Shown piece by piece: positions 18,703 to 27,971 of a stretch of 64,000 nt of DNA; position 1 is the stretch's first letter; every line of letters starts with the position of its first letter. The notes under the pieces were generated by a model. That model had not been told where the DNA came from, did no database searches, and saw nothing but the letters and a program-made list of their open reading frames with translations. Both the position numbers and the translations under genes were made by a program. Source of the stretch: Sphingopyxis sp. (GTDB lineage Bacteria > Pseudomonadota > Alphaproteobacteria > Sphingomonadales > Sphingomonadaceae); assembly GCF_965279725.1 (NCBI RefSeq), contig NZ_CBDIIL010000002.1:147804-211803 (forward strand), in the 5' to 3' direction.

Positions 18703-20214
18703 ATGAGTAAGCCCGCAAGCAAAAGCAATTCGGTCCCGATCGTCGTCGAAGGGCGCAATTGCTGGCGGATCGAGCGTGCCGACAAGGCACGGATGATCGT
18801 CGATGCTGCTGATTACTATAAGCTGCTCGAACAGTTGATGGCGGATGCCAAGCAGCGCATCCTCCTCATCGGCTGGGATTTCGATCCGCGCATTGCGCTG
18901 ACCCCTGACAAAACGGGCAAGGGCGAACCGCTGGGCGATTATCTGCTCCGCCTCGCGAAAGAGAAGCCCGATCGCGACATCGATATTCTGCGCTGGAACT
19001 TCGGTGGGTTGAAGCATTTTTTTGTCCCGTCGATCGTCGGCATGGTCCTTCGCTGGAAAATGACGAAATCGATCAGCTTCCGTCTCGATAGCGCGCATCC
19101 GGTGGGATGCAGTCACCATCAAAAGGTAGCGGTTTTCGACGATCATCTGGCGGTTTGTGGGGGCATCGACGTCAGTTCGGCGCGATGGGATACCCGCGAT
19201 CATGTTGACGATGATCCGCGGCGCACCGGTCCCAGTGGCAAACGCTATATGCCATGGCATGATTCTACGATGATCCTGTCGGGTCCGATCGGGGCGGCGC
19301 TGGCCGATCTTGGCAACGAACGTTGGCAGCGCGCGACACATAAGCCGCTGCGCGATCTGAGCGGTACAGGCGAGAATTGGCCCGACGATCTTGCCGCTGA
19401 TTTCACCAATGTCGATGTGGCTGTTTCGCGCACCAGCGCGGCTTATGATGGCCGGGCCGAAGTGCGCGAGAATGAGCAATTATATCTCGACATGATCGCC
19501 GCGGCGCAGCGTTTCATTTATTTCGAAAACCAATATTTCACGAGCGGCGCCATTGCTGCGGCGATTGCGGCTCGGCTCGAAGAGGACGACCCGCCTGAAT
19601 TCGTGATGGTGATGCCGATCACCGCCGATGGTTGGCTCGAACAAATGGCGATGGACGCGGCGCGGGTGCAATTGGTCCGTAGCATCGCGAAATCCCGGCA
19701 CGGCGATCGTCTGAAGGTGTATGTGCCGCACACGAAAGGCGGCGCACCAATCTATGTGCACGCCAAAACCGCGATCGTCGACGACCGGCTGCTGCGCATC
19801 GGATCGTCGAACCTGAACAATCGCTCGATGGGACTCGATAGCGAATGCGACGTCACCATCGACGCCGCGCTTCCGGCCAATAAAGGCGTCGAGCCGACCA
19901 TCGCCCGCCTTCGTGAATCGTTGATCGCCGAGCATCTGGACGTGGCCGACGCCGACGTCGCGGCGACGTTCGAACAGACGGGATCGTTGATCGGCACGAT
20001 CGAGGCGCTACGCGGTGACGGGCGTTCTCTCGAACTGCTCGATCTGGTTGCCCCCGGACCGCTCGATGAATTCATTGCCGAAAATGAAGTGCTCGACCCG
20101 ACAAGCCCCGATGCAATGTTCGAAGGCTTTGCCGAGCGCGGCTTGAAGAAAAGTTGGCATCGCGGGCGCGACTGGATGAAACGCCACCGGCCGTTTCGGC
20201 GCAACGTCGGCTGA
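18703..20214 (+). CDS. Phospholipase D-like protein with two HKD motifs
   Basis: HQKVAVFD and HAKTAIVD motifs, GSSNLNNRSM. Confidence 0.88.
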   Translation: MSKPASKSNSVPIVVEGRNCWRIERADKARMIVDAADYYKLLEQLMADAKQRILLIGWDFDPRIALTPDKTGKGEPLGDYLLRLAKEKPDRDIDILRWNFGGLKHFFVPSIVGMVLRWKMTKSISFRLDSAHPVGCSHHQKVAVFDDHLAVCGGIDVSSARWDTRDHVDDDPRRTGPSGKRYMPWHDSTMILSGPIGAALADLGNERWQRATHKPLRDLSGTGENWPDDLAADFTNVDVAVSRTSAAYDGRAEVRENEQLYLDMIAAAQRFIYFENQYFTSGAIAAAIAARLEEDDPPEFVMVMPITADGWLEQMAMDAARVQLVRSIAKSRHGDRLKVYVPHTKGGAPIYVHAKTAIVDDRLLRIGSSNLNNRSMGLDSECDVTIDAALPANKGVEPTIARLRESLIAEHLDVADADVAATFEQTGSLIGTIEALRGDGRSLELLDLVAPGPLDEFIAENEVLDPTSPDAMFEGFAERGLKKSWHRGRDWMKRHRPFRRNVG

Positions 20215-20222
20215 CGATCAAG

Positions 20223-21074
20223 TCAGTCCGCCAGCGACAGTATGTGCTTCGCCTGTTTCAGATGCGGCGCATCGACCATCTTGCCATCGACCTGAAGCAC
20301 CCCGACGCCCGGATTGGCGGCGAACGCATCGACGATCGCCTGCGCGCGCGCCGTTTCTTCGGCGCTGGGCGTGAAGGCGGCGTTGATCGGTTCGACCTGC
20401 GAGGGATGGATCGCCATCATCCCGGTAAAGCCGTCACGTCGGGCGCGGGCGGCGTAGGCGGCAAGGCCAGCCTCATCCTTGATCGCCGGAAATACCGTGT
20501 CGATCGCGGCGACGCCCGCTGCATGCGCAGCGAATAGCGTTAGCGCGCGGGCGACGTCATAGGGCGCGGTATAGCTGCCATCGGCTTCGCGGCTGGTGGT
20601 AGCGCCAATGGCGGCGGGTAAGTCTTCGGCGCCCCATGTCAGTCCAAGCAGGCGGTCTTTCGCCTCGCGGTAGCTGCCAAGGGTGAAGATTGCCGCGGCA
20701 GTTTCGGTAGCGATCGGCAGAATGGGAGGCAGCGACGCTTCGGCGGCGCCTTCGCTGCGCAGAATCAGGTCGAGCTGCGCGATACTCGGCGCGCCTTCCG
20801 CCTTGGGCAACATGATCGCGTCGGGCTGCGCGGCGATGATCGCGGCGATATCGGCGGCGGTCAGGTGGCCGTCGAGCGGATTGACCCGCACCAGCGTGAC
20901 CACTTCGCGTGTTCCCCCCAGATAATCGGCGATCGCATGGCGCGCCATATCCTTGTTCGCCAGCGACACCGAATCCTCGAGGTCGAGGATGATCGCATCG
21001 GCGCCCGACGCGGCTGCCTTGGCAAAGCGTTCGGGCCGGTCGCCGGGGACGAAAAGGAGGGAACGTAGTCTCAT
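20223..21074 (-). CDS. citE: CitE / HpcH-HpaI family CoA-ester lyase
   Basis: RSLLFVPGD, DLEDSV, VRVN, IATET, WGAEDL, IHPSQV, GKMVDAPH. Start set at ATG 21074. Confidence 0.88.
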   Translation of the reverse strand: MRLRSLLFVPGDRPERFAKAAASGADAIILDLEDSVSLANKDMARHAIADYLGGTREVVTLVRVNPLDGHLTAADIAAIIAAQPDAIMLPKAEGAPSIAQLDLILRSEGAAEASLPPILPIATETAAAIFTLGSYREAKDRLLGLTWGAEDLPAAIGATTSREADGSYTAPYDVARALTLFAAHAAGVAAIDTVFPAIKDEAGLAAYAARARRDGFTGMMAIHPSQVEPINAAFTPSAEETARAQAIVDAFAANPGVGVLQVDGKMVDAPHLKQAKHILSLAD

Positions 21075-21096
21075 AGGTTCAACTATGCCGGTCGTG

Positions 21097-21147
21097 TCGA
21101 GCGAAGTCGAGACACGGAAGGGGCAAACGGTTCTCGACTTCGCTCGA
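21097..21147. repeat. REP-like inverted repeat TCGAGCGAAGTCGAGA
   Basis: Perfect 16-bp inverted repeat (21097-21112 / 21132-21147) between the restored maoC stop and the citE start. Confidence 0.85.
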
Positions 21148-21160
21148 ACCGAACGCGGAT

Positions 21161-21609
21161 TTATGGTTTTCGTTGAACCAGCGTCGAACGCTCGCACTGG
21201 CAGACAAGTTCATCGCGCTGGTTGATACAGCGGTGGAGGAGGTGACGATCCCGGCATTGGGCCGCGATTTCGATTCTTTCAGCCCGATGACCTCGCTCGT
21301 CGCGCGCAGCGTGTCGCCGATAAACACCGGCTTCGGCATCACCAGCTTGTCATAGCCGAGGTTGGCGACAAGCGTCCCCAACGTCGTGTCGCCGACCGAC
21401 AGCCCGACCATCAGGCTGAAGGTGAAGGTGCCGTTGACGAGGATCTGGCCGAACTCCGACGCCTTCGCCGCTTCGACGTCGAGGTGCAGCGGCTGCGGAT
21501 TATGCGTCATCACCGTGAACAGCAGATTGTCGGTCTCGGTCACGGTACGGCGGATTTCGTGGGTCAGCGTGTCGCCGATGGTCCATTCATCGAAATATTT
21601 GCCAGCCAT
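21161..21609 (-). pseudogene. MaoC-family dehydratase with a 1-nt deletion near 21240 (pseudogene or sequencing error)
   Basis: MaoC motifs [26 protein letters not shown]. The span is 449 nt (3n-1). Restoring one base gives ...[30 protein letters not shown]. Confidence 0.85.
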
Positions 21610-21626
21610 CTCTCAACTCCGAAATA

Positions 21627-21729
21627 TGTCGTGCTGAACTTGTTTCAGCATCCATCGCCTGTTCTCTCGTCTGGCGCTGAGTCTATTTTGACGCTGGGCC
21701 ATAGACCCTGAAACAAGTTCAGGGTGACG
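21627..21729. repeat. REP-like inverted pair with core CTGAACTTGTTTCAG
   Basis: Perfect 15-bp core inverted repeat at 21634-21648 / 21708-21722. Each arm is its own hairpin. Confidence 0.85.
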
Positions 21730-21740
21730 AAGAATAGGGA

Positions 21741-23585
21741 CTATTCGCTCGCCGCCTCAATCCGCACCAGCAGCGCCTCAACCTGCACCTGCGCGCCCGG
21801 TTTCGCATTAAGCTCGGCCACGACGCCGTCGAACGGCGCGGTCAGGCTATGCTCCATCTTCATGGCTTCAAGGGTGAGCAGTTTCTGGCCCTTGGTCACC
21901 TTGTCCCCGGCCGCGACCTCGACCGCGATGACCTTGCCGGGCATCGGCGAGAGGATCGCGCCGTCGCCGGCGGCGGCGCCCGCGCTGGCATTGGCGCGCC
22001 ACGGCGCGAGTTGCCAGACCGAACCACCCTCAGCGACGAGCATCGCCGGCGCCGGCTGTTCGGCACCCGGGCCATGCAGTTCGACCTCGATGCGCTTGCC
22101 GTCGAGCAGGAAGGACGCCGACCGAACATCGGGCGCATTGAGGCGGAAGCCCGATTGCAGCGAGCGCGGCATCATTGCCATCGCGGCATTGGTCAGGGCT
22201 TGCTCCGACGGCACAGGTTCGGCGGTCATTGCGTCACCGTCGCGGCCGATCAGGCCGGTATCGACGGTGCCCGCGATGAAATCGGGATGGTCGAGCGCAT
22301 TGATCAAGAAAGCCGAATTGGTCTTCACCGGCCAGATCGCGCAGTCCTCGAGCATCTCCGACAATGTCAGCCGTGCTTCCTCGCGATCCTCGCCATAGGC
22401 GATGACTTTGGCGATCATGGGATCGTAGAAAGGCGAGACCTCGGCGCCTTCATAGACGCCGGTGTCGATGCGCCCGCCATCCGCCTCGGACAGCTGAAAC
22501 AGTTCGAGCGTGCCGATCGAGGGCAGGAAGCCCTTCGCCGGATCCTCGGCATATAACCGCGCCTCCATCGCCCAGCCGTCGATGCTGAGCTCACCCTGCC
22601 GCAGCGGCAACGGCTCACCGCTAGCCACGCGCAACTGCCATTCGACCAGATCGACTCCGGTAATCTCCTCGGTCACCGGATGCTCAACCTGCAAGCGCGT
22701 GTTCATTTCCATGAACCAGATGCGATCGGCGCGCAGGCCTTCGCTGGCGTCGGCGATGAATTCGATCGTTCCGGCGCCGACATAGTCGACCGCCTGCGCC
22801 GCGCGCACCGCGGCGGCGCACAGCGCCTCGCGGGTGATCTCGTCCATGCCGGGGGCCGGGGCTTCCTCGATCACCTTCTGGTGGCGGCGTTGCAGTGAGC
22901 AGTCGCGCTCGAAAAGGTGGACGACATTGCCGTGGGTGTCGCCGAACACCTGCACCTCGATATGGCGCGGGGTCAGGATATATTTCTCGATCAGCACATG
23001 GTCGTTGCCGAACGACGCCGCGGCCTCGCGCTGGCACGAGGCGAGCGCGTCGATGAAATCCGCGGGGTCATCGACCTTGCGCATGCCTTTGCCGCCGCCG
23101 CCCGCGACCGCCTTGATCAGGACGGGGTAGCCGATCTCGGCGGCTTGTTCGGCGAGGAAAGCGGGATCCTGATTTTCACCCATATAGCCAGGGGTCACCG
23201 GCACTCCGGCTTCGGCCATCAATTTCTTGGCGGCGTCTTTCACACCCATCGCGGTGATCGACGAGGGGTCGGGGCCGACCCATATCAACCCGGCGTCGAT
23301 CACCGCCTGCGCCAACGCGGCATTCTCCGACAGGAAGCCGTAACCCGGATGGATCGCCTCGGCGCCGGTCGCCTTCGCGGCAGCAATGATCTTTTCGCCA
23401 ACCAGATAGGATTCGCGCGCCGGCGACGGCCCGATATGCACCGCCTCGTCGGCCTGCCGCACATGCAGCGCCTTGGCATCGGCGTCCGAATAGACCGCAA
23501 CGGTGCGAATGCCCATCTCGCGCGCGGTACGAATGATGCGACAAGCGATTTCGCCGCGATTGGCGATGAGGAGGGAGGTGATCAT
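21741..23585 (-). CDS. liuD: 3-methylcrotonyl-CoA carboxylase alpha (biotin carboxylase plus biotin carrier)
   Basis: LIANRGEIA, HPGYGFLSEN, GGGGKGMR, RDCSLQRRHQKVIEEAP, EMNTRLQVEHPVTE, EAMKME. Confidence 0.9.
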   Translation of the reverse strand: MITSLLIANRGEIACRIIRTAREMGIRTVAVYSDADAKALHVRQADEAVHIGPSPARESYLVGEKIIAAAKATGAEAIHPGYGFLSENAALAQAVIDAGLIWVGPDPSSITAMGVKDAAKKLMAEAGVPVTPGYMGENQDPAFLAEQAAEIGYPVLIKAVAGGGGKGMRKVDDPADFIDALASCQREAAASFGNDHVLIEKYILTPRHIEVQVFGDTHGNVVHLFERDCSLQRRHQKVIEEAPAPGMDEITREALCAAAVRAAQAVDYVGAGTIEFIADASEGLRADRIWFMEMNTRLQVEHPVTEEITGVDLVEWQLRVASGEPLPLRQGELSIDGWAMEARLYAEDPAKGFLPSIGTLELFQLSEADGGRIDTGVYEGAEVSPFYDPMIAKVIAYGEDREEARLTLSEMLEDCAIWPVKTNSAFLINALDHPDFIAGTVDTGLIGRDGDAMTAEPVPSEQALTNAAMAMMPRSLQSGFRLNAPDVRSASFLLDGKRIEVELHGPGAEQPAPAMLVAEGGSVWQLAPWRANASAGAAAGDGAILSPMPGKVIAVEVAAGDKVTKGQKLLTLEAMKMEHSLTAPFDGVVAELNAKPGAQVQVEALLVRIEAASE

Positions 23586-24028
23586 GGACGATCCTCCCCG
23601 GCACGGGGAGGGGGACCATCCGCAGGATGGTGGAGGGGTACAGGCGTATTGCCTTTACGCTGCGCGATCTTCACCGCTCGCTCCGTACAAATCTCGACAA
23701 TTCGTGTCACCACTGCCTCCAAGTCATTCAAAACCGCAGTCGCGGGAACTCGCAGCACCGCTACATGCTGCGAACGTAAAAATTCGGTTCGCGCTGCATC
23801 GCTCTTCTTTGCGACCGCGCCGTCATGTGTTTGCCCATCGACCTCAATCGCCAGCCGAACGGCGGCGCAGTAGAAGTCGAGGACATAAATGCCCGCCGGA
23901 TGTTGCCGGCGATATTTGAAGCCGCCTGGCCTGTGCCGCAACGCACGCCAGAGTATCGTCTCGGGCAAACTCATCTCGCTACGCAGTTTGCGTGCGCGTT
24001 TGAGCGTGTCGCGCGGGCCGGTGATCAC
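23582..24028 (-). CDS. DUF559 / Vsr-like (very-short-patch) endonuclease domain protein
   Basis: ARKLRSEMSLPETILWRALR, YRRQHPAGIYVLDFYC, AIEVDGQTH, RTEFLRSQ..VLR. The C-terminal tail is read through the left repeat. Confidence 0.88.
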   Translation of the reverse strand: MITGPRDTLKRARKLRSEMSLPETILWRALRHRPGGFKYRRQHPAGIYVLDFYCAAVRLAIEVDGQTHDGAVAKKSDAARTEFLRSQHVAVLRVPATAVLNDLEAVVTRIVEICTERAVKIAQRKGNTPVPLHHPADGPPPRAGEDRP

Positions 24029-24083
24029 CGAGGGTGCCCCTCCACCATGCTTCGCATGGTCCCCCTCCCCGTGCCGGGGAGGA
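23592..24083. mobile_element. DUF559 nuclease cassette bounded by 47-bp inverted repeats
   Basis: Arms 23592-23638 and 24037-24083 are 44/47 identical in inverted orientation and enclose only the nuclease gene. Inserted between liuB and liuD. No target-site duplication visible. Confidence 0.7.
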
Positions 24084-24104
24084 CCGAGAGACGCCGCCGC
24101 ATCA

Positions 24105-25703
24105 TTACATCCGGAACACGCCGAAGCCGCGATCCTCGATCGGGGCGTTCAGCGTTGCGGCAAAGGCCAGCCCGAGCACGTCGCGCGTCTGGGCGGGGTC
24201 GATGATGCCGTCGTCCCACAGGCGCGCGGTGGCGTGATAAGGATTTCCTTCATCCTCATATTTCTGACGGATCGGCGCCTTGAACGCTTCAGCTTCCTCG
24301 GGCGTCCATTTGTCCGCATCGCGGTGGACGGTTGCCAGCACCGATGCGGCTTGCTCGCCGCCCATCACGCTGATCCGGCTGTTAGGCCAGCTGAACAAGA
24401 AACGCGGCGAGTAGGCGCGGCCGCACATGCCGTAGTTGCCCGCGCCGAAGCTGCCGCCGATCAGCACGGTGATCTTGGGAACCGTCGCGGTCGCGACTGC
24501 GGTGACCAGCTTCGCGCCATGCTTGGCGATCCCCTCGGCCTCATATTTGCCCCCGACCATGAAGCCGCTGATGTTCTGGAGGAAGAGCAGGGGGATGCGG
24601 CGTTGCTGGGCGAGTTCGATAAAATGCGCGCCCTTGACCGCGGATTCGCTGAACAAAACCCCATTGTTGGCGAGGATCGCGACCGGGATGCCCCAGATAT
24701 GGGCAAAACCGCACACCAGCGTGCTGCCGTAATTCGCCTTGAACTCGTGAAACTCGCTGGCGTCGACGATGCGCGCAATGACTTCGTGGACATCGTAAGG
24801 CGCGCGGACGTCGTCGGGGACGACGCCATAAAGCTCTTCGCCATCATATTTCGGCGGGCGTGGGTCCTTCAGGACAACTTCGAATCCTCTGTTTTCGCCC
24901 AGATGGCTGATGATGTCGCGGACGATGGTCAGCGCATGCTCGTCATTCTCAGCCAGATGATCGACGACGCCTGACTTCTTGGCATGGAGGTCCCCGCCCC
25001 CCAGATCCTCGGCGCTGATTTCTTCGCCGGTCGCAGCTTTCACCAGCGGCGGGCCGGCGAGGAAGATCGTGCCCTGATTGCGCACGATCACCGTCTCGTC
25101 GGACATCGCTGGCACATAAGCGCCGCCTGCGGTGCAACTGCCCATCACGCAAGCAATCTGGGGAATGCGGCGCGCCGACATGTTCGCCTGGTTGAAGAAG
25201 ATGCGCCCGAAATGATCGCGGTCGGGAAAGACTTGATCCTGGTGCGGCAGGTTAGCTCCGCCGCTGTCGACGAGATAGATGCACGGCAGGCGGTTCTCGA
25301 GCGCAATCTCCTGCGCGCGCAGATGCTTTTTCACCGTCAGCGGATAATAGGTGCCGCCCTTCACCGTCGCATCGTTGCACACGATCATGCACTGGCGTCC
25401 CGATACGCGGCCGATGCCGCAGATCAGCCCGGCGCCAGGAATCTCGCCGTCATACAGGTCGTGTGCGGCGAGCTGGCCGATCTCGAGGAACGGTGAGCCC
25501 GGATCGAGCAGTCGCTCGACGCGTTCGCGCGGAAGCAACTTGCCGCGGCTTGTATGCCGTTCACGCGACTTTTCGTTGCCGCCCAGCGCAGCCTCGGCGA
25601 CCCGCGCCCGCAGTGCGTCGTTCAGCGCGCGGTTATGCGCGACACGCGTGCGATACTCGTCGCTATCCGCGTTGATGCTGGTGCCAAGGACCGGAGCGCT
25701 CAC
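24105..25703 (-). CDS. liuB: 3-methylcrotonyl-CoA carboxylase beta (carboxyltransferase)
   Basis: [59 protein letters not shown]. Confidence 0.92.
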   Translation of the reverse strand: MSAPVLGTSINADSDEYRTRVAHNRALNDALRARVAEAALGGNEKSRERHTSRGKLLPRERVERLLDPGSPFLEIGQLAAHDLYDGEIPGAGLICGIGRVSGRQCMIVCNDATVKGGTYYPLTVKKHLRAQEIALENRLPCIYLVDSGGANLPHQDQVFPDRDHFGRIFFNQANMSARRIPQIACVMGSCTAGGAYVPAMSDETVIVRNQGTIFLAGPPLVKAATGEEISAEDLGGGDLHAKKSGVVDHLAENDEHALTIVRDIISHLGENRGFEVVLKDPRPPKYDGEELYGVVPDDVRAPYDVHEVIARIVDASEFHEFKANYGSTLVCGFAHIWGIPVAILANNGVLFSESAVKGAHFIELAQQRRIPLLFLQNISGFMVGGKYEAEGIAKHGAKLVTAVATATVPKITVLIGGSFGAGNYGMCGRAYSPRFLFSWPNSRISVMGGEQAASVLATVHRDADKWTPEEAEAFKAPIRQKYEDEGNPYHATARLWDDGIIDPAQTRDVLGLAFAATLNAPIEDRGFGVFRM

Positions 25704-25849
25704 TGTCTATTCTCTCCCTGCAACTGGTTTGGAACTAGCCCGTCGCTCGTCGATTGGAAAGCGCAGCAGGCCGAAAATGGTTGGCGTTGAAACCAATTTG
25801 TCACAGGCCTATGTCTCCTGCCCTTCTTCGCAAAAACAAGGTCGTTCCC

Positions 25850-27934
25850 ATGAAAAAAGCTGTCTTCGCCATCCTGCTGTCCACCGCTGCGGTCGTCGCG
25901 GGACCGATTGCCTGCACCAGCGGCAAGGAGGAAAGCAGCGCCAGCTATACTGTCGGCACCGACCTTGGAATCAGCAAAGCAGCCATGGACACGGCCGCAA
26001 AGCCCGGCGACGATTTCTATGCCTACGCCAATGGCAATTGGGATAAGACCACCGAAATTCCGGCGGACCGCTCGTCGGTCGGTGCGTTTTATGTTGCGCA
26101 GCTCGAAACCGAAAAGCGCAACCGCGAACTGATCGACGCGATCGTCAAGGGCAACGCCGGGGCGGACACCAACGAAGGTCGCATTGCCGCTTTCTACAAC
26201 GCTTTTACCGATGTGAAGGCGATCGATGCGGCGGGCATGGCGCCCGTCGCCGCCGACCTCGCGCGCTTCGCGGCAATCAACGACAAGGCGAGTCTGTCGA
26301 AAGTGCTTGGCGAGCAACTGCGCGCCGACGTCGACCCGCTCAACGCCACCAACTTCAACACCGAGAATCTTTTTGGCGTGTTCGTGACGCAGGGATTGGC
26401 AACACCGGGCGATGTCATCCCCTATTTGCTGCAGGGCGGCATTGGATTGCCGGAACGCGAATATTATCTGTCGGCCGATCCGAAAATGGCGTCCATCCGC
26501 ACCGCCTATCAAGCCTATATCGCCAAGCTGTTGACAGCCGCGGGGCAGAGCGATGCCGCGGCAAAGGCGAAGCGCATCTATGACCTGGAGGTCAAGATCA
26601 CCAAGGCACATGCGACGCGTGAACAGAGCGAAGATTTCACCAAGTCGGCCGATGTCTGGGCCAGTGGCGATTTTGCGAAAAAGGCGCCCGGGATTGACTG
26701 GCCTGCCTTTATGAAGGCGGCGAAGCTCGATAACGCGGCCAAGTTCGGCGCCTATCACGCGAATGCCATCACCGGGCTGTCGGCGCTGGTCGCGTCCGAA
26801 CCGCTCGACGCATGGAAGGATTGGCTCGCCTTCCATCAGATCAACGGCCACGCCGGCGTTCTGCCCAGCGCCGTCGATAACGCCCATTTCGCCTTTTATG
26901 GCACGACGCTGGCGGGTACCCCTCAGCAGCGCAGCCGTGAAAAGCGCGCGCTTGACGCGGTCGATTCCTATCTGGGCGACGCGGTGGGCAAGGCTTATGC
27001 CGACAAATATTTCCCCGCCTCTGCCAAGGCCGAAGTGGGCGACATGGTGAAGAACATCAAGACCGCCTTTGCCACGCGCGTGAATACCATCGACTGGATG
27101 GCGCCCGAGACGAAAAAGGAAGCGATCAAGAAGGTCGAAACGATCGCGGTCGGCGTCGGCTACCCAGACAGCTGGCGCGATTACGGCAGCTACAGCGTCG
27201 GCGCGGACGCCTATGCCAACGAGGTTGCAGGGCAAAAGTCTGAATATGCACACCAGCTCGCCAAGATCGGCAAACCGATGGACAAGAATGAATGGTGGAT
27301 GGTTCCGCAGACGGTCAACGCCGTGAACTTGCCCGTCCAGAACGCGCTGAACTTCCCCGCCGCGATTCTGCAACAGCCCTTCTTTAACGCGAAGGCCGAT
27401 CCGGCGTTCAACTATGGCGCGATCGGCGCGGTTATCGGGCATGAGATCAGCCACAGCTTTGACAACAATGGCGCCGCGTTCGATTCCACTGGCGCGCTGC
27501 GCAACTGGTGGACCGCGGCGGATCTGGCGAAGTTCAACGCGTCGGGCGCTGCGCTTGCCGCACAATACGACACGTACAAACCGTTCCCGGACCTGGCGGT
27601 CAACGGCAAGCTGACGCTCGGCGAAAATATCGCCGACGTCGCCGGTCTGCAGGCTTCTTATGATGCTTACCGGGCGTCGTTGGGCGGCAAGGAAGCGCCG
27701 GTGATCGACGGTTTTAGTGGCGATCAGCGCTTCTTCATCGCCTATGCCCAAACCTGGGCGACCAAGATGCGCGCCGAGGCTTTGCGCGCGCGCGTCGCGA
27801 CTGATGGCCATGCGCCGGGCATGTACCGCGCGCTGACGGTGCGCAATCTCGACGCCTGGTACAAGGCGTTCGACGTCCAGCCGACCGATAAGCTGTACCT
27901 GGCGCCCGACAAGCGTGTCCGCGTCTGGGGTTGA
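25850..27934 (+). CDS. M13-family zinc metallopeptidase, secreted or lipoprotein
   Basis: Signal peptide, GDDFYAYANGNW, VNAVN, HEISH (HExxH), GENIAD, DGHAP. Start set at ATG 25850. Confidence 0.92.
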   Translation: MKKAVFAILLSTAAVVAGPIACTSGKEESSASYTVGTDLGISKAAMDTAAKPGDDFYAYANGNWDKTTEIPADRSSVGAFYVAQLETEKRNRELIDAIVKGNAGADTNEGRIAAFYNAFTDVKAIDAAGMAPVAADLARFAAINDKASLSKVLGEQLRADVDPLNATNFNTENLFGVFVTQGLATPGDVIPYLLQGGIGLPEREYYLSADPKMASIRTAYQAYIAKLLTAAGQSDAAAKAKRIYDLEVKITKAHATREQSEDFTKSADVWASGDFAKKAPGIDWPAFMKAAKLDNAAKFGAYHANAITGLSALVASEPLDAWKDWLAFHQINGHAGVLPSAVDNAHFAFYGTTLAGTPQQRSREKRALDAVDSYLGDAVGKAYADKYFPASAKAEVGDMVKNIKTAFATRVNTIDWMAPETKKEAIKKVETIAVGVGYPDSWRDYGSYSVGADAYANEVAGQKSEYAHQLAKIGKPMDKNEWWMVPQTVNAVNLPVQNALNFPAAILQQPFFNAKADPAFNYGAIGAVIGHEISHSFDNNGAAFDSTGALRNWWTAADLAKFNASGAALAAQYDTYKPFPDLAVNGKLTLGENIADVAGLQASYDAYRASLGGKEAPVIDGFSGDQRFFIAYAQTWATKMRAEALRARVATDGHAPGMYRALTVRNLDAWYKAFDVQPTDKLYLAPDKRVRVWG

Positions 27935-27943
27935 TGTCAGGGG

Positions 27944-27971
27944 AGGGCGGGGCATTATTCGGTCCCGCCCT
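27944..27971. terminator. Possible bidirectional hairpin between convergent genes
   Basis: AGGGCGGG...CCCGCCCT 8-bp stem just after the M13 stop, overlapping the next gene's end. Confidence 0.35.

Noticed and set aside
21079-21240. C-terminal extension of the 176-aa MaoC ORF
   Set aside because: Out-of-frame product of the 1-nt deletion, translating through a REP repeat.
25726-25752. GGAAC-N16-GATT upstream of the M13 peptidase
   Set aside because: The -10 element departs from the EcfG consensus CGTT; too weak to call.
25700-27955. 751-aa minus-strand ORF
   Set aside because: Antisense shadow of the M13 peptidase, which has clear catalytic motifs.
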